DNA of 64,000 nucleotides from a virus (lineage: Duplodnaviria > Caudoviricetes), in IMG/VR virus record IMGVR_UViG_3300021387_000147; one strand, given 5' to 3'. Of the stretch, positions 19,690-30,396 are shown piece by piece. Numbering within the stretch: the stretch's first letter is position 1; each line of letters opens with the position of its first letter. The notes below the pieces were generated by a model. It saw only the letters and a list, made by a program, of their open reading frames with translations, did no database searches and was not told the origin of the DNA. The translations under genes and the position numbers were made by a program.

Positions 19690-20528
19690 CTCTCTTTTCT
19701 ATTATCTAAGTATTTTGTTAATATATCTGAAAAATCATAACATCTAAATATATCAGGTTCTGTACCTTCTTTGGGGAGTTGTATCAATACCAACTCTCCT
19801 ATTTTTATATTTGGACAATGTTTTTCTAAAATAGCTTTATATGTTGATAACTGAATTGAATACTCAGTACAATTACATGCTGGATAAACAGAGAATGGTT
19901 CTTTTAATGTTTCACCATATTTGTTTTCTCTTGTGAATTCTTTAGATGTTTTCCAGTCAAGAATAGCATAACACTTCTTGATTTTATTCCATGCTAAGAA
20001 GTCAATTGTTCCACAAAGTTTCCAGTCTCGATCATATACAATGTATTCATTCTTTACAGGAACATACATCTTTTTTAGAGAATTAAAGATTTCTTTACAC
20101 TTAGCTTTACGATATTCAAAATCTTCAATCATTCCTGGATATAAAGCCATTTTATCTTTATGACCTTCGTAATCTTTATTTTGCCATAAGTATTCCATTA
20201 CAGCATGAACTTCAGTTCCTAAGATTTTTGCATAATCACCAGATTTATTCCATTCTTTTCTTAGAGATGGAGCTAATTTCTTTGATTCAATCTTAGCCAT
20301 TGCAATTACTTGGTCTTTCTTCAATTTAGGATTTGCTGCAGCAATTGCGGCTTTTGCTTTATTGAATGCTGACTTTTCTGCAATTAAATTCCAATCTTTT
20401 TCTTTTTCAAATTGGCCACAAAAAGTAGTCACTGAAGTATATTGTGTACCTACACTATCTGTATAAGTATGTGGTCCTTCTTCGAAATAAATGTCGTTGA
20501 AGGCTTCCCATAGTTCATTAAATATCAT
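19686..20528 (-). CDS. PD-(D/E)XK exonuclease (Cas4/RecB-like phage exonuclease)
   Basis: YTSVTT, GTEVH, CGTIDFL, ILDWKTS, Y.IQLSTY. Confidence 0.85.
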   Translation of the reverse strand: MIFNELWEAFNDIYFEEGPHTYTDSVGTQYTSVTTFCGQFEKEKDWNLIAEKSAFNKAKAAIAAANPKLKKDQVIAMAKIESKKLAPSLRKEWNKSGDYAKILGTEVHAVMEYLWQNKDYEGHKDKMALYPGMIEDFEYRKAKCKEIFNSLKKMYVPVKNEYIVYDRDWKLCGTIDFLAWNKIKKCYAILDWKTSKEFTRENKYGETLKEPFSVYPACNCTEYSIQLSTYKAILEKHCPNIKIGELVLIQLPKEGTEPDIFRCYDFSDILTKYLDNRKES

Positions 20529-20987
20529 TTAGTTTTCTCCGAATCTTATATCACCAACAGTATCATCAGTTGGTCTCATTGTTTCAAATTCAGGATTTAT
20601 ATTTCTGATTTCAATCATCTTATATAGTTTATCCTGTCTGTGTTTATATTTATTCCATTTAGCAAGACAGTCATTCATGTGTAGTCTATATCCATTGACT
20701 TTAACAGGGTCTGTCTCATCTTTACGTGCATTGATATAAGATTCAATATAAGTGTAAATAATATCCATTCTAGAACCACATTCATTTGCATCATTCTGAA
20801 TTTCTGGAATAGACTTTTCCAAATAATCCTTTATAGGTATTTCATATAAAGGATGTGGGTCATTAATAACATTCTGTTGTTCTTTCTCTTTACGGATACG
20901 TTCTTGCATTTCTGCATAAGTATTCTGTATCTGTTTCTGAATGAACTCTTTATCGCTATTATCTTTCTTTTTAAAAAAATCAAACAT
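20529..20987 (-). CDS. Hypothetical protein
   Basis: ORF in operon. Confidence 0.6.
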   Translation of the reverse strand: MFDFFKKKDNSDKEFIQKQIQNTYAEMQERIRKEKEQQNVINDPHPLYEIPIKDYLEKSIPEIQNDANECGSRMDIIYTYIESYINARKDETDPVKVNGYRLHMNDCLAKWNKYKHRQDKLYKMIEIRNINPEFETMRPTDDTVGDIRFGEN

Positions 20988-21328
20988 TATTCACCATTAA
21001 AATTTATCAATACGATTTGTTTTTCTTTCTTTAATTTTGTCCATTCGTGCAAAGTTTCATCATATTCTTTTTGCAAATAGGTATAAGCATTCATATAATC
21101 TTCTTTGGCTTTTCCATATTTTTCTTTACCATAATCAGTCAAATGTTTTTGACATGCTTCATATTCTAAATGTTCCAAATATAATGCACCTAATGCACTT
21201 TGGTTTAATTGTAATAATCTCATACGGCAATCTTTCATTTTTTCTTCATTACGAGAAATAAGAGTATCGATTGCATGCGTATATTCTTCTTTTGTTTTAT
21301 AATCTTCAGGGTTTACTATGTATTTCAT
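20987..21328 (-). CDS. Hypothetical protein (probably leaderless)
   Basis: TATATT 7 nt upstream of the ATG. Confidence 0.6.
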   Translation of the reverse strand: MKYIVNPEDYKTKEEYTHAIDTLISRNEEKMKDCRMRLLQLNQSALGALYLEHLEYEACQKHLTDYGKEKYGKAKEDYMNAYTYLQKEYDETLHEWTKLKKEKQIVLINFNGE

Positions 21329-21393
21329 GGAAACAAATATACAAAAAGAGGTTGTTTGAATAACAACCTCTTATACATTTTATTTCTAATTTT

Positions 21394-23034
21394 TTAATAT
21401 AGTTTTAGATATGGTGCTGCCAAAATTTTAATTTCAGTTCCAGTCTTTTTAACAATTTTAACTGGATAACCTGCAGCTTCAGCGAACAACATAGCTAATG
21501 TTTGAGGTTTGTCTATAAATTTCTGTGCAACTACCTGAGCAACAGCTGTGACTAATTCACCAATGTTTCCTGCAGTTCCATCATCCATAATCTGCTTAAC
21601 AAGATTTGGAATATTGATATTAGGACCTTCTTCACCCTTAATTTCTGATTTAGCCATAGGAATGTTTGCATTACCAAATGCTGGGTGACCTTTTTCACGG
21701 AATTCAGATGCAATTGATGAACCACCCTTAGTTCTAATATCTAAATTTATTTCATCAGATTCACAGTGAATATGGTCTTTATTAGCTAACTTCAATATAA
21801 TACCTGATGACTTACCTTCTGTTTCAATAACATCATCTTGTGATACTTCAGCGAAAGTATTCTTCTTCATATCTGCCTTTGTTCTTCCATGATATTCAAT
21901 GAAGATTTGTTTCTTTTCATTGATTGTAGGACCAACTGCAGTAGTTGCAGCTTTATCAAAGTTTGCTGCAGCAATAGTTGCTTCTGATACAACTTGCTTC
22001 AAAGAAATACCCATCAATTCCTGATTTACGAATGCATAATTCAATAGCTGATTATGTTCATCTAAGTCTTTTGCATTCATTACAGTAGTCATAATCTTTT
22101 CAGCACGTTGTGCATTGAAATACAATACAATATCAGACTTATCAATATTATCCTTATTAAATGATAATCTCTTCTTTCCTAAATATGCTTCTAGAACAGG
22201 AATAATTGACTTTGTGACTTTAGGACAATTTTTAGATAATCTATAGTGACCAAATTGTGCTTGACCCCAGTTTGCAATTCCTTTCTTGAATACAGAGTTA
22301 ATTAAGCCTTTAATATCAGCTCTCCAGATTGCTTCAAAAGAATAAATCCATGACTTTAAGAATTCTTCAAATTGGATTTTAAATGATTGAACATCATTTT
22401 TTGGAACACCAAATTCGATATATTTACATACACCAGTTTCTTTAATTGGATCAGATGCTAATAACCATTTGTACAATTCAGAACGAGTATCTTCTACTTC
22501 TTTACCACGTTTAATCAATGGTGGAACATCTTCTTTAATTGTATGTAATGCAGTTCCTCTAACTTTCATTGTCAATAATAGTGCAGTAATTGCTTCTTGA
22601 ATTTCAGTAGCAGCGTCACCCTTACCAACATAAATCTTAGTAGAAGTACCATCTGTTGCAGATTGTTTCAAATCTGATACGTGAATATTGATTACATTAC
22701 CATCTGTGAATGTAAATTCATAGTCTTTATTTGCTAATGTTTTAGCCTTACCAACTTTCAATAGATTTTGATAAGCTTTACTATTACGAAGTACGCAAAG
22801 CTTAATATCAGAAATAATATCTTCTGGACTATCTACTGTTTGAACAGCTTTATTAAAGAAACCATCTGCACCATTCATATTAGTAATAGGCATTAGCTTA
22901 CCAAATGCTGCTTCTAGTTCTTTAATATAATTCTTATTCTTCTTAAAATCATTCTTAGTGACTGTCTTTTCACCAAGATACAAATCTTCAAGCTGATTTG
23001 TTTCTTTTAACCAATCTGTAAAAAACTGTGCCAT
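21394..23034 (-). CDS. Hypothetical late (putative virion-internal) protein
   Basis: TATAAATA 23053-23060, SD GGAG, N-term MAQFFTDWLKE. Confidence 0.65.
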   Translation of the reverse strand: MAQFFTDWLKETNQLEDLYLGEKTVTKNDFKKNKNYIKELEAAFGKLMPITNMNGADGFFNKAVQTVDSPEDIISDIKLCVLRNSKAYQNLLKVGKAKTLANKDYEFTFTDGNVINIHVSDLKQSATDGTSTKIYVGKGDAATEIQEAITALLLTMKVRGTALHTIKEDVPPLIKRGKEVEDTRSELYKWLLASDPIKETGVCKYIEFGVPKNDVQSFKIQFEEFLKSWIYSFEAIWRADIKGLINSVFKKGIANWGQAQFGHYRLSKNCPKVTKSIIPVLEAYLGKKRLSFNKDNIDKSDIVLYFNAQRAEKIMTTVMNAKDLDEHNQLLNYAFVNQELMGISLKQVVSEATIAAANFDKAATTAVGPTINEKKQIFIEYHGRTKADMKKNTFAEVSQDDVIETEGKSSGIILKLANKDHIHCESDEINLDIRTKGGSSIASEFREKGHPAFGNANIPMAKSEIKGEEGPNINIPNLVKQIMDDGTAGNIGELVTAVAQVVAQKFIDKPQTLAMLFAEAAGYPVKIVKKTGTEIKILAAPYLKLY

Positions 23035-23113
23035 TATAATTCTCCTATGTTATATTTATAACACAAAAAAGAGAGGTCAGAAACCTCTCTTTAATTTAAC
23101 TATAAGGAATAAT

Positions 23114-25105
23114 TTAAGATTCTAATGATTTCAAATAACTTGCAAAATTCATTGATTCATTAGTTGAACCTCTTCTTGCATCAAATCCCTTAATTACATC
23201 AGGACTTCTGTTGAAATAAGAGAATGCAGAACGGTCAACTAATTTAACGAAATTACCATCAACATCTGATACCATAAATCCTTCACCATTAGTGTCCTTC
23301 ATACCAAATGTAGTTTCAACTTTATTTACCCATTTGTTAACTGAATTCAACTTAGTAATGAACTTATTTTTTACATCTGCTGCAATATACAATGCTTCTG
23401 CAATCTTATGTAGTAATGGTTCATTTGTTTCAATAATTGTATGTAAGTCTTTAGACTTGTCATCTAGAGAAATTCTCTTCTTATCTCTACCTGCTTTAGT
23501 CTTTAACTTTTCCAATCCTTGATATTCTTTTCTCATCTTACCAGTGACCCATTTATGTAGTTCATCTACGAATGTTTCTGGATCAATTAATTCTGATTTG
23601 TCAACTTTATTATTCTGTAATGTCATTACATAGAAGTTAATAAAGTCTGTATTATTTACTAACAAATCATAGTCAGCATCATTTACAATTTCAGAACATA
23701 GTGAATGCAAATCATATAGAGAATCTTCAATATCATTTGCTTCTTGATCTGATAGAGTCTGAACACCGGATAAGTTAGGTAGACGTGCATCTAATACGAA
23801 TGCCCATTCTGGAATTCCATTTAATTCATCTGTAGAAGCATCATTAGATTGCTTAACAGTTTGAACTGAACTACCTTTATAACGTGTATGGAATACAATA
23901 CCAATATCAGAAGCTAGAGCTTTCTTTGCACCATCAGAACCTACTGGTAATGCATAGACCAATGTATTTGGCTTGAAATAGATATACTTCTGACCATTGT
24001 CATCTGTATAATTCTTAATATCACCTTTAGTGAATAGTAAGTCACCCTGCCAAATTTCACCAGCTGGAATAATCTTTGCTTTAGCCAACTTCAATGCGGC
24101 TTTCAACTTAACCTTCAATTCAGGAGAACGGTCATCTGCTTCAATATCTTCATCTGAAGTATAAACCTTTGGTGTTGCATTGAAGATAGACTTTGTAGAT
24201 ACACCTGGACCTTTTAGACCTGGGAATTTTGTATACATTGTGATAGCTGGAGCACCATCAATCTTTACAGTAATTCCTGGCTTTTCTTTATCAATAGAAC
24301 CAGTTAATGTATCGAATACCTGATTATAGAAACCTAACATTCTAGAAATGTAAGCTTTACCCTTTAGGATAGAGTCTTCCATGTGTAATGAGTGAGTATC
24401 TTCAGTTAACATATTCTTATCCTTTATCATTGTTGATTCTTCTAAGACACCATTCTGTTTAGCAAATTTAACACATAAATTCCACATTTTATTTGAATAT
24501 CCGGTCATTTCTAAGAATGCTTCTTTATCGCCATTTCTAATAGCTTCTCTTACCTTAGTTCCAGATACTTCTTTATCACCTCTGTCAGTACAATATAAGA
24601 TTTCAAATTTACCAATGTCATTTTCATCTTGTAATTCGTATTCTTCACCAAATGGAACACAATATTTTCCATATAATTCTGCTCTATCTGGTCCACAAAT
24701 AAGAACTAAACGATAATCTGGGTACATTTCAGCATATTCATAAAGTGCATCTAAGAAGAAATGAGCTTTACTTGTATATGCTCCTAAGATATTATAACCT
24801 AAATCTTTACAACCAGCTTCAGCAATCTTAACCTTTTGTTCCAAAGTGAACATATTACGGTCATTATCAATTGGCTGATTTTTATAAGGTGAAACAATAA
24901 TGAAGTCTTCGATACCTTCTTGTTCACCTCTATCTAAAAGTCTTGCATGGCCATATTTACCTGTGAATGGACTGAAACATCCATAAATAACACCTAATGG
25001 TCTATCTCCCTTTTTATAAGTATAAACAGGAGAGTCAATATTTGCTCCCTTATCCTTTTTCCAAGGAGATTTTACATTTTTGATTTGAAATCTTTCCTTT
25101 AACAT
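23114..25105 (-). CDS. Fusion: nucleotidyl(cytidylyl)transferase-like domain plus DUF6267-like domain
   Basis: GCFSPFT..GH, CGPDR, VSGTKVREAI; TVKIDGAPA, QGDLLF, FKPNTLVY, GIVFHT.Y, EGF..KLVDR..FS..N; late promoter 25123-25130. Confidence 0.75.
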   Translation of the reverse strand: MLKERFQIKNVKSPWKKDKGANIDSPVYTYKKGDRPLGVIYGCFSPFTGKYGHARLLDRGEQEGIEDFIIVSPYKNQPIDNDRNMFTLEQKVKIAEAGCKDLGYNILGAYTSKAHFFLDALYEYAEMYPDYRLVLICGPDRAELYGKYCVPFGEEYELQDENDIGKFEILYCTDRGDKEVSGTKVREAIRNGDKEAFLEMTGYSNKMWNLCVKFAKQNGVLEESTMIKDKNMLTEDTHSLHMEDSILKGKAYISRMLGFYNQVFDTLTGSIDKEKPGITVKIDGAPAITMYTKFPGLKGPGVSTKSIFNATPKVYTSDEDIEADDRSPELKVKLKAALKLAKAKIIPAGEIWQGDLLFTKGDIKNYTDDNGQKYIYFKPNTLVYALPVGSDGAKKALASDIGIVFHTRYKGSSVQTVKQSNDASTDELNGIPEWAFVLDARLPNLSGVQTLSDQEANDIEDSLYDLHSLCSEIVNDADYDLLVNNTDFINFYVMTLQNNKVDKSELIDPETFVDELHKWVTGKMRKEYQGLEKLKTKAGRDKKRISLDDKSKDLHTIIETNEPLLHKIAEALYIAADVKNKFITKLNSVNKWVNKVETTFGMKDTNGEGFMVSDVDGNFVKLVDRSAFSYFNRSPDVIKGFDARRGSTNESMNFASYLKSLES

Positions 25106-25141
25106 TATATTACTCCTTGATTTATTTATAATAAATATATT

Positions 25142-25963
25142 ATGATACTAGATGAAGACAATATAAATCTGCATCGTGCAAAAGATAATAAAGATGATGA
25201 ATTTTATACTCATCTTAAAGATGTAGAAAAAGAAATGAAGAACTATAATTTCTCTGGAAAGATAGTATATTGTTGTTGTGACAATCCTGAATGGTCAAAC
25301 ATTTACAAATACTTCCATGATAATTTTAGTTCTTTAGGTTTACGTGGATTAATTTCATCTCATTATGATCCAAATGGAACATATTATAGTACATTTGATG
25401 GTGAAGAATTTAAGAAATATCCTTTAAAAGGCAATGGAGATTGCACATCTAGAGAATGTCAGAATTTAGCTAAGAAAGCAGATGTAATTGTGACAAATCC
25501 ACCATTTTCTATTTTTGGTAAAATAGTCAGTGTTTATAAAGATATGCCATTTATTATGTTATGCACAAAAATAAAAATGGCTACAAATTCTATTTGTTGG
25601 AATCTTTATATGAGTAAAGATTTGAGATATGGATATACAACAGTAGGTAAATTCTATAGACCAAATGGAGAAAAGGATAAAGAAGTAGGATGTATTTGGT
25701 ATACTAATTTACCAGTCCATAAAAAATATAGAGGATTGAATATTGTAGAATTGGATGATACATTTCAGAAATATGATAATTATGATGCTTATGAAGCAAG
25801 AATAAATGCAATTCCAGATACAGATGAGTTAATAGGAATTCCAGTCACTTCATTAACAGTTCTTGATCCTAATAATTTACCATTTGAGATTGTTGATAAG
25901 AGTGGTAAATTAAAATTAAATGGAAAAGATAAGTTTGAGCGTATAATAGTCAAACTCAAATAG
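25142..25963 (+). CDS. Adenine-specific DNA methyltransferase, EcoRI_methylase family
   Basis: LHRAK..K.DEFYT, VYCCCD.P, GNGD, VTNPPFS, YDNYDA, GIPVT. Confidence 0.85.
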   Translation: MILDEDNINLHRAKDNKDDEFYTHLKDVEKEMKNYNFSGKIVYCCCDNPEWSNIYKYFHDNFSSLGLRGLISSHYDPNGTYYSTFDGEEFKKYPLKGNGDCTSRECQNLAKKADVIVTNPPFSIFGKIVSVYKDMPFIMLCTKIKMATNSICWNLYMSKDLRYGYTTVGKFYRPNGEKDKEVGCIWYTNLPVHKKYRGLNIVELDDTFQKYDNYDAYEARINAIPDTDELIGIPVTSLTVLDPNNLPFEIVDKSGKLKLNGKDKFERIIVKLK

Positions 25964-26028
25964 AAAATTAGAAATAGATTAATGACAGTAAGTTTACGAC
26001 TTACTGTTTTTTTATATATTTGTATATT

Positions 26029-26889
26029 ATGAATAAAGTAGTTCAAAATAGAAAAAAAGTAATGTTATTCGACCTAAGCAATTTGATAATGCGGTGTCTC
26101 TTTGCATATCCGGTCAAGCCGCACGAAAAAGAATTCAAGGAATTTAAGGCAATCTTTATGCGCTCATTCCTAAAAACTATTAAGGATAATTGTCCAGATA
26201 AGATTATCTGTTGTATGGATAATACTTCTTGGAGAAAAGATGTTTCTGATAGTTATAAGGAAAATAGAAAGGCATTTAGAGCAAAGTCTATTGTAGATTT
26301 TGACGTCTTCTTTCCTATTTCTAATAAACTAATTGAAGCATTGAAAGACTGTGCTCCTAATATCCAGTTCTTGGATGTTCCTAAGTGTGAAGCAGATGAT
26401 TTAATTGCTGTTATTACACGTAGCAATCCTGATTGGGATATTATCAACATTTCTACTGACCATGACTTCTATCAGCTTTATAAGTTTCCTAACTATAAGC
26501 AATATGATGGTATGATGCATAACTATGTAGAAGTATTGAATCCTGAACATGAACTTATGAAGAAGATTATTCTTGGTGACAAGAGTGATAACATTCCTAA
26601 GTTAAAGGCAAGAGTTGGTAAAGTTACAGTTGCAAAGATTATTGATACAGGTGTAGATCAGTGGTTAGAAGAAAATAATCTTAAAGAAAAGTTCATGGAA
26701 AACTTTAAGTTAATTTCATTTGATTGTATTCCACAGATGTATGTCGAAGATATTAACGAAGCAGTTAAGTCATTCAAGCCAGGTAAATTCTCTGGTAAGA
26801 AATTTACTCAGTTAGTAATCAATGAAGGCATGACAGATATATTTGAAAAGGTCTCAGAATATATTGAAGTATTGAAGAAGGTTCAATGA
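26029..26889 (+). CDS. rnh: T4 RNase H / 5'-3' exonuclease
   Basis: FDLSN, SWRK..YK.NR, EADD.IA, STD.DF.QL, GDKSDNIP. Confidence 0.9.
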   Translation: MNKVVQNRKKVMLFDLSNLIMRCLFAYPVKPHEKEFKEFKAIFMRSFLKTIKDNCPDKIICCMDNTSWRKDVSDSYKENRKAFRAKSIVDFDVFFPISNKLIEALKDCAPNIQFLDVPKCEADDLIAVITRSNPDWDIINISTDHDFYQLYKFPNYKQYDGMMHNYVEVLNPEHELMKKIILGDKSDNIPKLKARVGKVTVAKIIDTGVDQWLEENNLKEKFMENFKLISFDCIPQMYVEDINEAVKSFKPGKFSGKKFTQLVINEGMTDIFEKVSEYIEVLKKVQ

Positions 26890-27362
26890 ACGATTACAAA
26901 CATTTGTATAAAGTAGCACTAGTAGAATATGCTAAGTTTTCTACATGCGACAGATTAAAAGTTGCTGCGCTATTAGTCCATGATGGTAGAATTCTATCAT
27001 GTGGATATAATGGCGTTCCATCTGGTGACCAACATTGTTGTGATAAATTTTCACATGATAATCATGGAAATTTTTACATAGACGGTGAACCAGTTTCAGA
27101 AGAAGTTTATAGATTTAAGCATCATGAATTTAGTGAAGCAGATGAAGTTCACGCTGAAGTGAATTGCTTGTCTTATGCTCTAAAAAATCATGTAGATGTT
27201 AGTAAATGCACATTGGTAGTATCAATTGCTCCATGTTCAAACTGTGCTAAGTTTATTCTAGCATCTGGAATTAAGACAGTTTATTACGTAGATTTATATG
27301 ATAGATCTGACGCAGGTATTGAGTTTTTAAAGAAACATAACATTAAAGTAGAAAAAATATAA
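26886..27362 (+). CDS. cd: dCMP deaminase
   Basis: STC.R.KVAA, GYNG, HAEVN, PCSNC. Confidence 0.92.
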   Translation: MNDYKHLYKVALVEYAKFSTCDRLKVAALLVHDGRILSCGYNGVPSGDQHCCDKFSHDNHGNFYIDGEPVSEEVYRFKHHEFSEADEVHAEVNCLSYALKNHVDVSKCTLVVSIAPCSNCAKFILASGIKTVYYVDLYDRSDAGIEFLKKHNIKVEKI

Positions 27363-27369
27363 GGAAAAT

Positions 27370-28488
27370 ATGGCATACATTTATAAGAAAAGTTCAGTAA
27401 AGAAAACATCATTTGCAGTTGTATATAATAGTGGTTCCCTATTTGAAAAAGAAGGTCAATATGGAACAATGCATTTGATGGAACATTTAATTTGTAAAAC
27501 ATTTATTGATGAATATGATACTTTGACTGCAAATGCAATTGATTGGAATGCATATACTGGTCATGAACATATTGTAGTTTATATGAGAGGTCTTGCATCA
27601 CGTTTGACTTCTGATATTAAGAAGAGAGTATTAAAGAAACTTCTAGGTGGTCTTGATAATCTAACTGAAGAAGTATTCCAGAAAGAAAAGGCTGTTGTTA
27701 TTCAGGAATATATGGATAATTTCAATGATCCAGTTTCTGGTAAGTTCTTGAACTGGATGAGAACACATTATGGTGATTATGGTCCAATTGGTGAAATTTC
27801 TTGTATTCAGAATTTCACTCTAGAAGATGTAAAGAAAACATATAAAGAAATGTTGTCAAAGCCAACACGTATTATTGAAGTTGGTCCAACATCTACTGAT
27901 TTGTCTGATATGAATATTGAATACGCAGAAGAATTAATCAGACAGCCACGTAAGATTAAGTATAAAAAAGATTATAAGTTAATTCAGCAAGAAGTATTGC
28001 CAATGGATAAGTCTACATTCTTAGTTCATTCTAAGAAGTTGGTAAGTAAGTCTGATTATCCATTCATGAATGTTGCTGTTGCAATGATTTCTGATGGATT
28101 GAATTCTCCATTGACACAAGAAATTAGAGTTAAGCGTGGATTGTCATACTTCTCTCATGGAATGGTTGACCATATTTGGAATGATTCTATTCTAACATTT
28201 GAGTCATGCACAACAAAGGAAAATGAAGAAGAATTGACAAACGTTTATAATGATCTTCTAAATAATGTAGACAAGTATTTGACAAAAGAAAGATACGATA
28301 TGATTATGTCTATGGCTCAGTGTGAAAAGGAAGAAATGAAGCTATTTAGATTTGCTCATGTCAATGACCTAATTAATAAGGGACTTCCACAGATGCCAAA
28401 TAATTTGTCTAAGATTACCTTTGAAAAGGTTAAGGAAGTAGCAAAGAAATACATAAATCCAGATTGTGAAATTGTAATTTTGAGGTAA
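27370..28488 (+). CDS. M16 family zinc peptidase
   Basis: HLMEH inverted zincin motif, NAYT, E...V.QE, R.KRGLSY. Confidence 0.85.
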   Translation: MAYIYKKSSVKKTSFAVVYNSGSLFEKEGQYGTMHLMEHLICKTFIDEYDTLTANAIDWNAYTGHEHIVVYMRGLASRLTSDIKKRVLKKLLGGLDNLTEEVFQKEKAVVIQEYMDNFNDPVSGKFLNWMRTHYGDYGPIGEISCIQNFTLEDVKKTYKEMLSKPTRIIEVGPTSTDLSDMNIEYAEELIRQPRKIKYKKDYKLIQQEVLPMDKSTFLVHSKKLVSKSDYPFMNVAVAMISDGLNSPLTQEIRVKRGLSYFSHGMVDHIWNDSILTFESCTTKENEEELTNVYNDLLNNVDKYLTKERYDMIMSMAQCEKEEMKLFRFAHVNDLINKGLPQMPNNLSKITFEKVKEVAKKYINPDCEIVILR

Positions 28489-28491
28489 TAT

Positions 28492-29136
28492 ATGGTAGAA
28501 AATGTAGAAATGGTTGCAAAGCCACTAAAGACTATGTTTGAGATGCAGGAATCTCTACAAAATGCAATTGGTGCTAAGCGTGGAACTATTTGTCCAAATA
28601 CATGGCAGAAGAAGGATGTAGATGATATTTACCGTGTAATGGCTAAAGAATCAGGTTATTACATGATGAGTACTATCACTGAATTATTCGAAATGTTTGA
28701 ACAGATTGAGAAGGATAATTTCCAATATACAGAACTTGTCAAGTTTGAATTGATTGATGCTTGGCACTTCGTAATGAATCAAATCCTTTATTTGAATGTT
28801 AAGCCAACAGAAGAATTATCATTCTATATGGATAAGGCAAGAGAAAACATTGCTCAAGTAGATTTTGTAAATCATGATTTGCATCATATTGTTGGACAGA
28901 TTGTAGAAGCAATGGGTGAAATTTATCAGAATACTTCTTATAAAATGTGGAAGACTTATGATAAACCAAAGGAAGATCCAGCAAAGTTGCAAGAATTGTG
29001 TGATACATTCCTAATTCGTTTCTGTACTTTGTTCGTAGTTCTAGGCATGAATGAACAAGATGTTTGGAATTATTACTACGCAAAGAACGCTGAAAACTTT
29101 AAACGTCAGGAAAAAGGCGGACGATACGAGAAATAA
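28492..29136 (+). CDS. Dimeric dUTPase/dCTPase (dUTPase_2, gp56-like)
   Basis: E..E, ELIDAWHF, KMWK, Y.AKN.ENF.RQ..G.Y. Confidence 0.8.
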   Translation: MVENVEMVAKPLKTMFEMQESLQNAIGAKRGTICPNTWQKKDVDDIYRVMAKESGYYMMSTITELFEMFEQIEKDNFQYTELVKFELIDAWHFVMNQILYLNVKPTEELSFYMDKARENIAQVDFVNHDLHHIVGQIVEAMGEIYQNTSYKMWKTYDKPKEDPAKLQELCDTFLIRFCTLFVVLGMNEQDVWNYYYAKNAENFKRQEKGGRYEK

Positions 29137-29222
29137 TTAGAAAAATTATACTCTTATGATAGCAACTTTTTTCGAAAAGTTGCTATATTTGTATTACATT
29201 AAAGTTATTAATGAGGTATAAA

Positions 29223-29969
29223 ATGGATTATAATAAGAATTTAATTGATTTATTGGATGAAGCTTCTCAAATTCAGAAGCAGTTGATTATCAACAAAGAT
29301 GCAAACACAAAAATTATTGCTATTAGAGCAAATGACCCAGATGTTTCAGTTTGTTATACTTTGTCTGCACCAGAAGATTATTTGAACTTTACTGGAACAA
29401 AGCTTGCATTTTATGATTTCACAAAGTTTGTTAAGTGTTTCCGTGTATTCGATATTAAGAGTAAGGATGACAAGTTATCTGATACTCCAGTTCTTGATGG
29501 TGTTGTAAATGCAAACAATGAAACAACTGATATTATCATTAAGTCATCTAAGACAAAGCAGAAGATTTCTTATCGTGCTGCTCGTGCAGATGTTCTAACT
29601 CAGCCAGTATTCAATCAGATTAAGATGCCAGCAGTTGATTGTAAGTTTACAATCACTCAGGAAGAATTCAAGCATCTACGTTATATGTTGGATAGTGTTA
29701 TCGAAGCAGATACTATTAAGTTCACATGGGATAATGATATTTGTAAGATTACTTTGAAGAATATGAAGACATCTAACTATTATGATGTTGAATATAAGTT
29801 AACAACACCTGCAAATCTAAATGGTGTTCTAGAAATTCAGACTAAAGGTTTAAAACAGATGCCTGAAGCTGGATATACTGTAGAAGTTGCATCAGCTGGC
29901 CTTGTTCACTTTACAATGGACAGAAATGATGATATTAACATGAACCTTTACATTTCTAAGAAGAGTTAA
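29223..29969 (+). CDS. gp45: Sliding clamp gp45; start corrected to 29223
   Basis: Size, LAFYDF..F pattern, Y.V.V...G.V.F, proximity to gp44/62. Confidence 0.7.
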   Translation: MDYNKNLIDLLDEASQIQKQLIINKDANTKIIAIRANDPDVSVCYTLSAPEDYLNFTGTKLAFYDFTKFVKCFRVFDIKSKDDKLSDTPVLDGVVNANNETTDIIIKSSKTKQKISYRAARADVLTQPVFNQIKMPAVDCKFTITQEEFKHLRYMLDSVIEADTIKFTWDNDICKITLKNMKTSNYYDVEYKLTTPANLNGVLEIQTKGLKQMPEAGYTVEVASAGLVHFTMDRNDDINMNLYISKKS

Positions 29970-29971
29970 TT

Positions 29972-30388
29972 ATGAGCGGAGTAAATGATTTCCTAACAGA
30001 AGACCAAATGACAGATAGAACAAACGTCAATGACATGGATCCATGGGACGTCATTGAGTCTGCTTGTATTGGTATGGGTATTGTCTATAATCAGCCAGAT
30101 CCAAATTGTAAAAAGTGTCATGGTCGTGGATGGACTGGACGTAGGTTAGTTCCAGATGTAGATGCAAATGGTCAGCCAAAGTTAGATGAATATGGAAAAC
30201 AGATTTTCATTAAGGAACCAATTGCATGTAATTGTATTTTCCCTAAGAATGAATATGAAAAAGAAATTGGACCATCTGGTGCATATTTCAGACCACGTAA
30301 TAGAAAAGAACGTAGAGCACAACAAGCAAAAGTAAAGAAAACTGTTGGTCAACCTCTACCAGATAGTATAACTTTAAATAAAGGATAA
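29972..30388 (+). CDS. Zn-finger protein (CxxCxGxG...CxC)
   Basis: CKKCHGRG, ACNC. Confidence 0.6.
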   Translation: MSGVNDFLTEDQMTDRTNVNDMDPWDVIESACIGMGIVYNQPDPNCKKCHGRGWTGRRLVPDVDANGQPKLDEYGKQIFIKEPIACNCIFPKNEYEKEIGPSGAYFRPRNRKERRAQQAKVKKTVGQPLPDSITLNKG

Positions 30389-30396
30389 TTATGACA

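Noticed and set aside
19686-20528. Cas4 as evidence for a CRISPR-Cas system
   Set aside because: Stand-alone phage PD-(D/E)XK exonuclease with no four-Cys Fe-S pattern, no other cas genes and no array.
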